64,000 nt of DNA from Mobula hypostoma (lineage: Eukaryota), in contig NC_086097.1 of the NCBI RefSeq assembly GCF_963921235.1, positions 171,804,001-171,868,000 on the forward strand. Reading direction: 5' to 3'. Below the pieces are notes generated by a model that had not been told where the DNA came from, ran no database searches, and worked only from the letters and a program-made list of their open reading frames with translations. Below, piece after piece: positions 13,466 to 26,959 of this stretch (positions are counted from its first letter, which is position 1; each line of letters starts with the position of its first letter). The translations under genes were made by a program, and so were the position numbers.

Positions 13466-14304
13466 TGTTTACAACAAAGGACATAGGTAACAATCACTCA
13501 CATGACCCTTGTGATCTGCCCTGCCATTCAATAATATCAGTTGATGCTTTAACTAAAATCTGCTCTTACATCTTTGCCTTGATTCCTTAACTGTCTAAAA
13601 CCCTACTGATCTAAGTCTTAAATAATCAATGCATAAGCATTTACTCATGGGGTACAAAATGTAAATGATATATTATAATGTGAATCAGCCAAGTGTGCAC
13701 CATTTCCCAGATGTGAGTCCCTGCTATGCCTCCAACTATTCTGCTCCAGACTATCCAGCACCACCTGGGTACTAATGCTAAATTTGTTGAAAATGTTTGC
13801 GCAATGTAATAGCAGAAGTTGAGAAGTGGAAGTATGAGGCTGATGGAAAGATCTACAATGTAATAATGGTGGAGTACAATAGAACACTTGGTCAATATGA
13901 ATATCTGGTAGAAGCAAAGGGTGTTGGGAATTGCAAAGGTGGAGTACCACGGGAGGGATGTTGGACAGCTGGCAGAGAAGAGCCAGGGGCAGGGGGGTGG
14001 TGCGGGTGCAGACTGACCTAGCCCAGAGACAGTTGGCAAGATCACCGGATTCCAACCAATTGGTTTATTGATCATCTCTGTTGCTTCATGCTCCATCCCA
14101 TTTCTCTTCCACTATTCCCAGACATGATTCCCCTCTCTTTGTCTCCTTCCCATTCTCAGTCCTCAATAGAGACCCATATCAGAATCAGGACTATCATTAC
14201 TCACGTATGTCATGAAATTTGATTTTTTTTTGCAGCAGTACAGTGCAGTATATAAAATTACTAGAGTACTGCACAAAAGTATTAGGCAGCCTAACTATAT
14301 GTCT

Positions 14305-15796
14305 ATAAACAAATTTCTACAAATTGATCTAAATTTATTACAATTATTAAACACAAAATAATTGATAGTGTAATTACTCACACACTTCAAGTCAGTATTT
14401 AGTAGATGCACCCTTGGCAGAAATTGCAGCCTTGAGTCTGTGTGCATAAATCTTTATCTGCATTGCAGATCTGGACGCTACCATTTTTCCCCATTCCTCT
14501 TTACAAAACTACTCATGTTCTGTCAGATTGCATAGGGATCATGAGAGCCACAAATCCAGCCACAAATTCTCAGTTAGATTGAGGTCTGGACTCTGATTTG
14601 GCCACTCCAGGACATTAACTTTGTTGTTTTTAAACCATTCTTGTGTAGCTTTGGCTTTAGGCTTGGGTTTATTGTCTTGCTGGAAAACAAATCTTCTCCC
14701 AAGTTGCAGTTGTCTTGCAAACTGCTTCAGGTTTTCTGCCAGAATTTCCCTGCATTCATTTTACCCTCTGTCTTCACAAGCCTTCCAGGGTCTGCTGCAG
14801 TGAAGCATCCTGTCAGTGATGCAGCCACCACTATGCTTCACTATAGGGAATATGTGCTTTTGATGATGTGCAGTGTTTGGCTTATGCCAAACATAGCGTT
14901 TAGTCTGATGGCCAAGTAGCTCATATTTTGGTTTCATCAGATCATAGAACCTTTTACCAGTTCACTTCAGAGTCTCCCACATGACTTCTGGAAAACTCTA
15001 GCCAAGATTTCATGTGAGTTTTTTCAACAGTGGCCTTTTTTTGCCACTCTCCCATAAAGCTGAGACTGGTGAAGCACTTGGGTGACAGTTATTCTAAACA
15101 AAGTCTCTTCCATCTTAACCACTGAAGACTGTAATTCCTTTAGAATTGTCAGAGGCCTCCCTCACTTGTCCCCTTCTTGCATGGTCAGTCAGTTTTTGAG
15201 AACGGCCCGCTCTAGGCAGATTTACAACTGTGCCATATTCTTTCCATTTCTTGATGATATTCGGTGACCTGGAAATTTTCTTGTATCCATTTCCTGACTT
15301 GTGCTTTTCAATCAATTTTAACCAATTTCCCCCGGGATCAATAAAGTATGACTATGACTATGAATAACCTTCTTACGGAGTTGTTTGGTGTGTTCTTTTG
15401 TCTTCATGGTGTAGTTTTTGCCAGATGCTGACTCACCAGCAGCTGGACCTTCCAGATACAGGTGTATTTTTACCATAATCAATTGAAACACCTTGACTGC
15501 ACACGGTGACTTCCAGTTAACTAATCACGTGACTTCTAAAACTAATTGGCTGCACTCATGATGATTGGGTGTGTCTTATTAAAGGGGCCAAATACTTATG
15601 CAATTAATTATTTTGTGTTTTATATTTGTGATCAATTTAGATCACTTTGTAGAGATCTGTTTTCACTTTGACACGAAAGAATCTTTTTCTATTGATCAGT
15701 GTCAAAAAAAGCCAAATTAAATCCATTGTGATTCAGTGTTGTAAAACAATGAAAATGAAAACTTCCAAGGGGGCTGAGTACTTTTTATAAGCACTG
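14305..15796 (-). mobile_element. Tc1-family DNA transposon, decayed, one end truncated
   Basis: Minus-strand transposase remnants ([34 protein letters not shown]). The + strand ends CACTG followed by TA at 15797-15798. Confidence 0.85.
15312..15362 (+). mobile_element. Extremely 5'-truncated Rex1 tail inserted in Tc1
   Basis: ACCAATTTCCCCCGGGATCAATAAAGTATGACTATGACTATG matches the 3' end of the Rex1 copy (24141-24182). Confidence 0.75.
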
Positions 15797-16189
15797 TATC
15801 CATATATATATGCTAAGACTTTTGCAAGGTACTGTATTTTTAGATATCGAGGCAAACACAGTACACGTATCAGTTCCACCATCAAAGACATCTTCATGAA
15901 ATGGTGTCTAAGAAGATTATATCAATCATGTAGGACTCTCACCATCAGGTACATGCCCTCTTCTTGTCACTACTATCAAGAAGGAGGAGCAAGAACCTGA
16001 GGATCAAAACTCGATTATTCAGAAACAGGTTCTACATTTCTGCCATCAGATTTCTGAATGGTTCTTGAACCCCTGAGCTCACAATACCTCATTATTCTTT
16101 ACTATGGACTATTTACTTATTTTTGTAACGTAATTTTACATTTTTGCACTGTACTGCTGATGCAAAAGAACAAATTTCATATCATATAT

Positions 16190-18810
16190 AGGGGATGAGA
16201 ACCAGAGCGCCAGAACAGGTAGTGGAGAGGTTGTGGAGGCAGATGTTGGTAAGACCTCAGACAAAGTTAGGAGTCAACAGGTTGAGGATGGTGCGACTAG
16301 CGTCATGAGCTGGGTATACTTCAATGCAAGAAGTATCATAGGAAAGTCAGATGATTGTGCTGAAGAGGTAGATGGCTTGCAGAGGCAATCTGTAGTGAGG
16401 AGAGGTTGCTGATAAGACAAAATTGCAGTCAACAGGATTATTTGCAATGTAAAAAGTGGACAAATCGAAATGGGTGAATTCAGAACTGAAGGTGTTATAT
16501 TTGAATGTGCGCAGTGTATAGAATAAGGTAGAAGAACTTGTAGCACAGTTACAGATTGGCATGTATGATGTTGTAGGCATCACTGAATCCTGGCTGAAAG
16601 AAGATTATAGCTGGGAGCTTATTGTCCAAGGATACACATTGTATCAAAAGGACAGACATGAAGGCAGAAGGGGCGGCTTTGCTCGGTTGGTAAAAAAAGA
16701 AATCAAGTCATTAGAAAGAGGTGACATAGTTTTGTAAGGTGTTGAATCATTGTGGATAGAGCTAAGGAACTGCAAAGATGAAAAGATCTTGAAAAGAGTT
16801 GTATACAGAACCACAAACACTAGTAAGGATGCAAATTACAATGGGAGATAGAAAATCCATGCCAAAAGGGCAGTGTTACAATATTTCTAGAGTATTTCAA
16901 TATGCAGGTAAATTGGGAAAATAAGGTTGGTGCTGGATTACAGGAGGGAGAATTTCTAGAGTGCTATGAATTGGCTTTTAAGAACAGCTCGTGGTCGAGC
17001 CCACCTGGGGATTAGCTATTCTGGTCAGATGTATCAGTATTACAGTGGAGTAAAGGAAATTACAGAGACATGAGAGAGAAATTGGCGATAATTAATTGGA
17101 AGAGAACACTAGCAGGGAGGATAGCAGAGTAGCAATGGCTGGAATTTCCAGAAGTAATTCAGAAGGCACGGGATATATACATCCCAAAGAGGAAGAAGTA
17201 TTCTGCAGGCAAAACATCACCACTGTTGCTAACAAGAGAGGTCAAAGCCACCATAAAAGTAAAAGAGAGAGCATATAATAGAGCAAAAATTAATGGGAAG
17301 TTAAAGGATTAGGAAGCTTTTAAAAACCAGTAGAAGATAACTAAAAAGTCAATAAGAAGGTAAAGATTGAATAAGAAAGTAAGCTAGCCAATAATATTAA
17401 AGAGGATTCCAAAAGTTTCTTCAGATACATAAAGTATAAAAGAGAGGCGAGAGTGGATATCAGATCGCTGGCGAGGTTGAAATGGGGGAGCCAGGAAACG
17501 GCAGATGAACTGCATAACTATTTTGTAAAGTTTTCACTGTGTAAGTCACTATTACCATGGTGGAAGTTCCAGGAGTCAGGGGTCATAAAGTATGTGAAGT
17601 TACCTTATTAGAGAGAAGGTTTTTGGGAAACTGAAAAGTCTGAAAATAGATAAGTCATCAGGACCAGATAGCGTACAGGGTTCTGAAAGAATTAACTGAA
17701 GAGATTGTGGAGATATTAGTAATGATCTTTCAAGAATCACTTGATTCTGGAATGGTTCCAGAAGACTGGAAAATTGCAAATGTCACTCCACTCTTCAAGA
17801 AGGCAGAGAGGAGGAAGAAAGGAAACTATAGGCTAGTTAGTCTGACTTCAGTGGTTGGGAAGATGTTGGAGTTGGTTATTAAGGATACTTGGAGGCACAT
17901 GATAAAGTAGGTTGTAATCAGCATGGTTCCTCAATGGAAAACCTTGCCTGGCAAATCTGTTGAAGTTTTTTGAGAAGTAACAAGCAGGATAGACAAGGGA
18001 GAATTAGTTGATGTTTTGCACTTAGTTTTTCAGAAAGCCTTTGATGAGGCGCCACGCATGAGGTACAAAGGAACTTGGGAGTCCTTGTGCAGGATTCCCT
18101 AAAGGTTAACTCACAGGCTGAATGTGTGATGAGGAAGGTACTGTAAATGTGATGTTAGCATTCATTTCAAGAGGACTAGTAAATAACAGCAAGGATGTAA
18201 TGTTAAGACTTTTTAAAGCACTGATGAGGCTTCATTTGGAGTATTGTGAACAGTTTTGGGCCCCTTACCTTTGAAAGGATATGCTGAAACTGGGGAGGGT
18301 TCAAAGGAGGTTCAGGAAATTGATTCCAGGATTGAACAGCTTGTCAAATGAAGAGCATTTGACGGCTCTGGGCCTGTATTCATTTGAATTCGGAAGAATG
18401 AGAGGGTGACCTCATTGAAGCCGATTGAATGGTGAAAAGACTTGATAGAGTGGATGTGGAGAGGATGTTTCTTTGAGTGGGAGAGTCGAGGACCAGAAGA
18501 CATAACCTCAGAATGGAGGGGCATCCTTTTAGAATGGAGATAAGGAGGAATTTCTTTAGCCAGAGAATGCTGAATCTGTGGAATTCTTTGCCACAAGCAG
18601 CTGTGGAGGCCAAGTCTTTATGTATATTTAAGGCAGAGGTTGATAGATTCTTGATTGGTCAAGGCATGAAGAGATACGGGGGGGGGTGGGGGTGATGGCA
18701 GGCGACTGGGGCTGAGGGGAATATTGGATCAGCCATGATGAAATGGTGCAGCAGACTGGATGGGCCAAATGACCTAATTTTGCTTCTAATATCCAACAGT
18801 CCTATAAGTC
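16190..18810 (+). mobile_element. CR1-clade LINE ORF2 (EN-RT), decayed and internally deleted
   Basis: Motifs YDVVGITESWL, IFQESLDSGMVPEDWKIANVTPLFKK, NYRLVSLTSVVGK and RRNFFSQR, plus the CR1 3' tail. Confidence 0.9.
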
Positions 18811-19779
18811 AGTGATAATAAATCTAATTCTGAGTCTGACACAGAAAAATGACAATGTGGTAAAAGTTCAGCCATGCTATTATTGAATGGCAGAAGAGGC
18901 ATGAGGTTTATTCCTGCTTTGATTTCCTCTTCTGTTCTCAGCATGTAAAATACCCCATTGTTCATTAATGTCGTTCTCCACTTCTTCTAAGTATCTTTGC
19001 CTCTTCTTTACTCTTTCTTCCCAATGAGGACCTAGGAAGAACAAATCAGCATATCAGTACCACAAAATTCATAAATTCATCCATAAATAATAACACCATC
19101 AATCATAATGGCACACCATAGGACAGAGCATTTCAGCTACAGCCCCTATCACAAGATGGATGATTGATGGTGCAGCTTTTTGAGTTTTTTTTAATAATTA
19201 AAAACATGCTGGGTTTTGATTACCTCTGAATGAATATTACTAAATTGTTTGAACCCCCAGCAAAGGACGCGAGGCTGAAACAGAACAGATCTCACAACAC
19301 TGCAGGAGTTTCAATTATTTTAAAATGTATATGAGGTGGACCTGATTTATGCTCGATTAGAGGTTTTGATAACGATTTCCCATCCTACCCATACAGTGCT
19401 TGTTGGTCTTACTCCCTTTTAAGTTTTCTTGATCCACTTCCCCTCCTTCAATGCCTTTTTGGAGACATACTGTTTGAATTTTAATGCAAAGTTTAATATG
19501 CAAACAGTGTCTGTGAAGATAAAGAAAATGAGCATGGAATTACCTTGTTAAACCCCATTTATATGCAAGTAGAACTCAGTTTAACAATGCAGCTTTAAAT
19601 GCAGCTGGGATAAATCAAGATCCTCTTTACTTGCACTCAAATTAAAAGATAAATAAATTGGTTAGAACATAGCCTCTTACTGATTTAAGAACTGTCCAAG
19701 CAATTGAGGTTCTCATTTAATACTTAGCCTATTTATTTGCTCAACTTAAATAGGAGGTCATGTTGTATCTAGTGGTTCT

Positions 19780-20260
19780 GGCAGTGATATGGCCCTCCTT
19801 GTAAGCTCCTTCCTTCACAGCTGGAATCTCACTCTACTGCAAACTGCCCTTGAGGTAGTTGTGGTGCAGATGAGATGATCATTAACCTGTTGTGTTAACC
19901 TCTTTGACTGCGTGCTTGCCAAGAAGGTCTGGAAATTGATTCAGTGTTCCCTGTTGAGGTACACTCTGAGCAGTTCTTTGTCATCTGTGGCTATTCCCAG
20001 CGATCCATAATGAGACAAACATCAGCGGTCGCTGGAAGACCATCAACTCGGTGCAAGATGCATTTTGGTCAGCTTGAAACATGTCAGTCTTGCAGTGAGA
20101 AGAAGATGTCTGCCAGCTGGTGTTTTCCAGGGTGCAGGACCGCGTACAGAAGATCAATGCAGCCAACTCAAAGGCCCAGTGGGAAAAGGACATATTGAGG
20201 TCTTGTTGACTCTCAGATCCTCATGGATGCATTGTTTAAAGAAGAACTGTGTTAGAGAAC
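19780..20260 (+). mobile_element. Tx1/L1-clade LINE ORF2 C-terminal remnant
   Basis: Degenerate CCHC region (CP..SCGADE...LFDCV.AKKVW) followed by WKTINSV.DAFWSA. Confidence 0.6.
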
Positions 20261-22402
20261 GCGTTGGGTTGATGGTTGCATCATGGTCTGCCCCCGCAGT
20301 TCCGGAGAGTAAGAGCATAAAAGGCTGAAGAGAGTAGCAGACTCAACACAATACATCATTGGCACATCCCTATCCACCATCGAAAGAATCTACATGAGGT
20401 GCTGCCTCATCTATCATCAAAACCTCCCACCGTCCAGGTCCTGGCATCTTCCCCAGACACCATCAGGCAGGAAGTTCAGAAGCCTGAAGTTCCGCACAAG
20501 CAGGATCAAGAACAGTTACTTTCCTTCCACCATTCAATCCTTGAACCAGCCTGTACAACCCTAATCATAACCTCAGTCTGGCAACTCTGCATTTTGATCA
20601 CATTGCACTACAATATTTAGTTCTAAAGTGCTGGGGTTTTTTGCACTTTTTTTAATAAATTATGTTTAATTTATGTTTTTCTTGTGAATGCTGTGCCTCT
20701 AATACAATTTTCCTGTGATGTATTTGTTTATAATTTTATTGATACAAAGTTTTTATTACAACTGTGCATACATGCACTTGTGCAAATGGGAATAAACTCA
20801 ACTTTGATTTAGACATTAAATGTAAAGAAAGATGGGTATTGTCTGCATTTAATGTCTATATATTATGAGTAAAATAGATTTTTGAAATATTCTGTGCCAC
20901 TGTCAATAAAAGAAAATTTCCTGTATGCCTTCTGGTGGTTGTGTGAAAAAGCCTTCAAATTACTGAACCACTCTTCTCTAATTTTAATCTTATGACATCT
21001 GCTCATTCACCTTGCTGTAAGCATTAAAATCTCCTCCCATGTCTAGTTTACTTTATGATTAAGTCAATTATAATTTGCCTTTGGACTACACCAAGGGTTT
21101 TAAACTCTGATAATTATTTAGAAACCTGCAACTAAGGAGCAGGCCATTTGCTCCATCTGTATTATTGCTTCGTACTTACTTCATTCACCTGTTCCTCTCT
21201 CCATGGAAGCTGCCCAATCCAATGAGTATTTTATAGCACTCCCTGCTTTTGTTTCAGACTTTCAACATCAGTGGTATTTTGATTTTTGTCTACTTCATCC
21301 AACCCATTCAATGTCACTCTCTAAAGTGAGCATTTGATTTTGCGGAAGTTGTTTAATTAGCAGAGAGTGAATATTACTTCATGCTCCAGATTTAATTAGT
21401 TTGCTGTACTTTGTGGCATACATTATCTCTTAGGATAATTACAGTGCATTATTTTCCTCTCTAACTAGTGTGATGATGACCGATAAATATTTATATGGAA
21501 GTTTAGATTTAAAAATTATAAAACTGTAGATGGCAGATACTCACACTTTGCCGGGATGAAATTCTTAAAGAGCAGAGTGCACAGCCTAAGGGTGAAAGGG
21601 GAAAAGTTAAAAGGAGATATATGGGGCACGTTTCTTTACACAAACGGTATTAGTTGCCTGGAATTTTCTGCCAGGGGAGGTGATGGAAGCAAATATGATG
21701 GTGATATTAAAGAGGCATTCCGAGAGCCATGTGAATAGGCAGGGAGAGGAGCGATATGGATCACGTGCAGGCAGATAGAATTAGTTTCATCTGACATCCT
21801 GGTCAATGCAGACATTGTGAGCTGCAGGGCTTGTTCTTTTACCATACTGTGCTAAGTTCTATAAAACTACAATTACATACACTCTGATGTTCGCAATGCG
21901 TAAAACAGCAATGCAGAACCTGCTCCTTTATCTCTCATGCAGAGGAACGCTAGAAGCTGCAGAGAGTAATGGACTCAGCCCAATACAACATGGGAACATC
22001 TCTCCCCACCATCAAATGTATCGACATGAGGCACTACCTGAACAAAGCAACATTCATCCACAAAGATCCCCACCATCTGGTCCGTGCCATCTTCTCACAG
22101 CTAACACCAGGCAGGAGGTACAGAAGCCTGAAGTCCCACCGAACCAGGTTCACAAACAACTACTTCCCTTCAACCATGTGGTTCCTGAACAAACCTAATC
22201 ACTAACTCAGTACAGCAACAGTACGACCAATTTGACTGCTTTGCACTACGATAGTCTTTGTTTGTTTGTGTTCTAATCATGTTCATTCTTGTAAAAAAAT
22301 TCTGCATAATTTATTCCTTCCTTCTGAATAATGCCTGGGATGCAGCTACAAGTAAGTTTTCCATTGAACATACATATATGACAATAAACCCGACTGTGAA
22401 CT

Positions 22403-24046
22403 TTGACTTTTCTTCTCCTCCCGCCATCCAGGGACAGTGTGGACAGGGCAAATGAACTTAACCTGTTCCTTAACAGATTTGACAGTGTGGCCCCTGTCCA
22501 TCCCGCACATGAGCCATCTGTTGTTGGCCCCAAACCAACACATATTCCACTCTCCCCTCCTACCCCTCCTCACAGTCCCCCACCCTGCTCTCATGACTAT
22601 ACCCCTTCCCCACACGAAACGACCACGGTGGGCTTCACAGCTCTACAGGTGAGAAGACAGCTGAAACGTCTCAACCCAAGCAAGGCTGCAGGACCAGATG
22701 GTGTCAGTACCAGGGTATTCAAAGCCTGTGCCCCTCAGCTATGTGGAGTACTTCGCCATGTATTCAACCTGAGCCTGAGGCTCCAGAGGGTTCCCGTATT
22801 GTGGAAGACGTCCTGCCTCGTCCCTGTGCCGAAGACACCGCGCCCCAGCGGCCTCAATGACTACAGACCGGTGGCATTGACCTCCCACATCATGAAGACC
22901 CTGGAGAGACTTGTTCTGGAGCTACTCCGGCCTATGGTCAGGCCACACTTAGATCCCCTCCAGTTCGCCTACCAACCCCGACTAGGAGTTGAGGATGCCA
23001 TCGTCTTCCTGCTGAACCGTGTCTACGCCCACCTGGACAAGCCAGCGAGCACTGTGAGGGTCATGTTTTTTGACTTCTCCAGTGCGTTCAACACCATCCA
23101 CCCTGCTCTGCTGGGGGAGAAGCTGACAGCGATGCAGGTGGATGCTCCCCTGGTATCATGGATTCTTGATTACCTGTCTGGTAGACCACAGTACGTGTGC
23201 TTGCAACACTGTGTGTCCGACAGAGTGATCAGCAGCACTGGGGCTCCACAAGGAACTGTCTTGTCTCCCTTTCTCTTCACCATATACACCTCAGACTTCA
23301 ACTACTACACAGAGTCTTGTCATCTTCAGAAGTTTTTGGATGACTCTGCCATAGTGGGATGCATCAGCAAGGGAGATGAGGCTGAGTACAGGGCTACGGC
23401 AGGAAACTTTGTCACATGGTGTGAGCAGAATTATCTGCAGCTTAATATGAAAAAGACTAAGGAGCTGGTGGTAGACCTGAGGAGAGCTAAGGTACCGGTG
23501 ACCCCTGTTTCCATCCAGGGGGTCAGTGTGGACATGGTGGAGGATTACAAATACCTGGGGATACGAATTGACAATAAACTGGACAGGTCAAAGAACACTC
23601 AGGCTGTCTACAAGAAGGGTCAGAGCCGTCTCTATTTCCTGAGGAGACTGAGGTCCTTTAACATCTGCCGGACCATGCTGAGGATGTTCTACGAGTCTGT
23701 GGTGGCCAGTGCTATCATGTTTGCTGTTGTGTGCTGGGGCAGCAGGCTGAGGGTAGCAGACACGAACAGAATCAACAAACTCATTCGTAAAGCCAGTGAT
23801 GTTGTGGGGATGGAACTGGACTCTTTCACGGTGGTGTCTGAAAAGAGGATGCTGTCTTAGTTGCATGCCATCTTGGACAATGTCTCCCATCCACTACATA
23901 ATGTACTGGGTGGGCACAGGAGTACATTCAGCCAGAGACTCATTCCATCGAGATGCAGCACAGAGCATCATAGGAAGTCAATCCTGCCTGTGGCCATCAA
24001 ACTTTACAACTCCTCCCTTGGAGGGTCAGACAACCTGAGCCAATAG
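22403..24046 (+). pseudogene. Rex1 reverse transcriptase ORF, 5'-truncated, one premature stop
   Basis: ORFs 22403-23860 and 23861-24046 are in the same frame and contain RT domains 1-7. Confidence 0.85.
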
Positions 24047-24182
24047 GCTGGTCCTGGATTTATTTCCTAATTCACATATTACTATTTAACTATTTATGGT
24101 TCTATTACTATTTATTATTTATGGAGCAACTGTAATGAAAACCAATTTCCCCCGGGATTAATAAAGAATGACTATGACTATA
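22430..24182 (+). mobile_element. Rex1 (Rex-Babar) LINE, 5'-truncated, near-intact RT
   Basis: 485-aa ORF with KAAGPDG, NDYRPVALTS, FAYQPRLGVEDAI, FFDFSSAFNTI, GAPQGTVLSP and KFLDD. One TAG at 23858-23860, after which the frame continues to 24046. 3' tail is (ATGACT)n. Confidence 0.92.
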
Positions 24183-24189
24183 ACCAAAC

Positions 24190-24590
24190 TTTCCTTCTAT
24201 TTGATGAAGAATTTACTTGCACTTCTTTCAATTTAACCTCCTGCATCCGGTGTTCACAGTGTGGTCTCCCCTTCACTGCAGTAACCAAACACAGATCAGA
24301 CCCTAGGCATCTAGCTTCCTGTTGCATTACTCCTCTATTGCACCTCTGCCTATGATTTTCTTGAATTTGATTTCTTGCACTGTTACAATGAAACCCAGTG
24401 TAAGCACAATGAGCAGCAGATCATTGTTTGACCATGGACATTGCAGCCACCAGTCTTTCTTATTTGTGTTAGAACCAATGCTGCAACGTCACTCTGTAAC
24501 ATTAATTGGTTTTTTCTCTCTCCACAAGTGCTGCCTGACCTGCTGAGTACTTATCTCTTTTAGTTCCGATTTCCAGCAACTGCTGTGTTT
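24190..24590 (+). mobile_element. Penelope-like element 3' remnant (GIY-YIG region)
   Basis: FTCTS.N...CIRCSQCGL motif, and the terminal TGCTGCCTGACCTGCTGAGT motif shared with other PLE ends. Confidence 0.55.
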
Positions 24591-24689
24591 TAGGTATTTC
24601 ATGGTTTCATAGTTGACTGGAAGGAGCTGAAACTGAAAGTTGGGAAGCATTTAAGCCTGAAATAGTGAGAGTTGAAGGTCTATGTGCTC

Positions 24690-26650
24690 CCGCAAGGGTG
24701 AATGGAACTAACAGCAAATCCAGGGAATACTGGAAGTCAAGGCATACTGATAGTTGTGTAAAGAAAAAAGTGCAAGCTAATGCAAGTACAGAACTGAATC
24801 AGGGGATGCTCTCTGGAGTATAGAAAGTATATGGTAATTAGGGAGGCAACTTAAAATTGAACAAAGCGCATAAAGTCCTGATGATTCGAGGCCTGGCGGT
24901 ATCTTACTTCAAGAAGGACAATAAGGATTAACCAGTATAGCCAGTTAGTCTTACATCAGTGGTAGGGAAGTTATTTAAGCATGGTAACATTTTTGATGGA
25001 CAGGAATAATCCACACTTGGGGAAGTGAGGATCAGTCAGTATAACTGTAGGAAGATTGATTAGTAAGTATGTACAGAACACATCACAAAAGTTGTCAATG
25101 TTGCCGCAAAGTGAGCAAGAAGTTAAATGAAGACATCAATCATTGGTAACTTGCACAGAGTAAGTGAAGATAATGGGAAATTTCGGCATATACAGGAGGG
25201 TGAGGAGATAATCGATCAGAGTTACAGGGAAGTAGTCACCCCGAAGTTGCAGGAGGCGAGTATTGGGTGACTGTCAGGAGAAATGGAAATGTGAATAGGC
25301 AGTTAGCGCAGACCACCCCTGTGGCCATTCCCCTCAAAAAGAAGTATACAGTTTTGGATACTGTTGTGGGGGATGACCTCCCAGGGGAATGCCACAGAGA
25401 CTAGGTTACTGGCACTAAGCATGGGTCCATGGGTGGAGAAGGTAAAGAAGGAGAAGAGAGGAGCGATACTGTTAGGGTATTCAATAGTCAGGGGAACAGA
25501 CAGGAGATTCTGTGGACGTGAATGGGAAACCCAAATGGTATGTTGCCTCCCAGGTGCCAGGGTCAGGACATCTTTGAGCATTTTAGAGGGAGAGAGAGCA
25601 ACCAGATGGCTTGGTAAATATCGGTACCAATGACATAAGAAGGAAAAGCAATGAGGTCCTGAAGAGAGAATTTAGAGAACTAGGTAGAAAGCTGAGAAGC
25701 AAGCCCACCAGGATAGTAATTTCTGGATTGCTGCCTGTGCCACGTGCTAGTGAGGGTAGAAACAAGAAGACCTAGCAGATAAATGCGTGGCTGAGAAGCT
25801 GGTGCAGGGATGGGACTTCAGGCTCTTAGATCATTGGGATCTCTTCTGGGGGAGATATGACCTGTACAAAAGGGACAGGTTGCACCTGAACCAGGGGAGT
25901 CCAATATTCTTGTAGGGAGGTTTGTTAGGGAGGGTTTAAACTAATCTGGCAAGGGATTTAAACCAGAATGAAGGGACTCTGGATGGGAACGGATGGTAAA
26001 AAAGCAAAGATAGTGTGCAGTCAGACTGTCAGGAAGGACAGGTAGATGATAGGACAAAATTGCAGCCATTAGGGATGCAAGATCAAAAAGGGTAGCAAAT
26101 ACGGCACTCAAAGTGTTATACCTCAATGCATGGAGTATAAGAAATAGTTTGATGATCTTGTTACAGTATTGCAGATTGTCAGGCATGATGCTGTGGCCAT
26201 CACTGAATCATGGCTGAAGAATGGTTGTAATTGGGAGCTGAATGTCCAGGGTTATACATTATATCAGAGAGGAAGGAAGGCAAGCAGAAGGGGTGGCATG
26301 GCTCTGCTGGTAAAGAATGGCATCAAATCAATGGAAAGATGTGACATAGGATCGGAAGATGTTGAATCCTTGTGGATTGAGTTAAGAAGCTTCAATGGTA
26401 AAAGGACCCTGATGGCTGTTATATCCTGAACTCCCAACAGTAGCTGGGATGTGGACCACAGATTACAACAGGAAGTAGAAAAGGTGTGTCAAAAGGACAA
26501 TGTTATGATAAACATAGGACTGCGGAGACCATGTCATTGTCTACATTGAAAGTGGATGTTGATTTAAATCAGTCATGATCAAATGGTAGAGCAGACTGGA
26601 TGAACTCAATGACTTAATTCTGCCACTGTATCTTATATCTTATGGTCTTT
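24690..26650 (+). mobile_element. CR1 LINE: ORF1 SGNH-esterase region, start of ORF2 endonuclease, 3' tail
   Basis: G.SIVRG (GDS block), CCLPGARV, IGTNDI and D.LHLN, then DAVAITESWL...GGMALLVK of the endonuclease. Confidence 0.8.
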
Positions 26651-26959
26651 GGTCTTGAATAAGGACCTTGAATATCCAGTACATGTCTTCTTCTTATTAC
26701 TACCATGGGGAAGAAGTACATGAGCCTTAAGATCCACACTCATCGGAAATAGCTTCTTCCACTCTGCCATCAGTACATTAACTGGTGAGCACCACCCACT
26801 ATCTCATTACCTTTTTTTCACTATTCATTTATTTTTTTTTTGTAATTTAAATTAATTTTATGTCTTTTTTTGCACTGCTGCAGCAAAACTACAAAATTTA
26901 CATAATCTAAGTCAGAAATAATAAATCTGATTCTGACTCAGGACTAGGTCAATGGTTAA

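Noticed and set aside
13641..14096. Overlapping 136-151-aa ORFs
   Set aside because: Appear to lie in a composite repeat beside Tc1-like termini; no protein motifs.
22403..23860. Longest ORF considered as a host gene
   Set aside because: It is a 5'-truncated Rex1 RT with a LINE tail.
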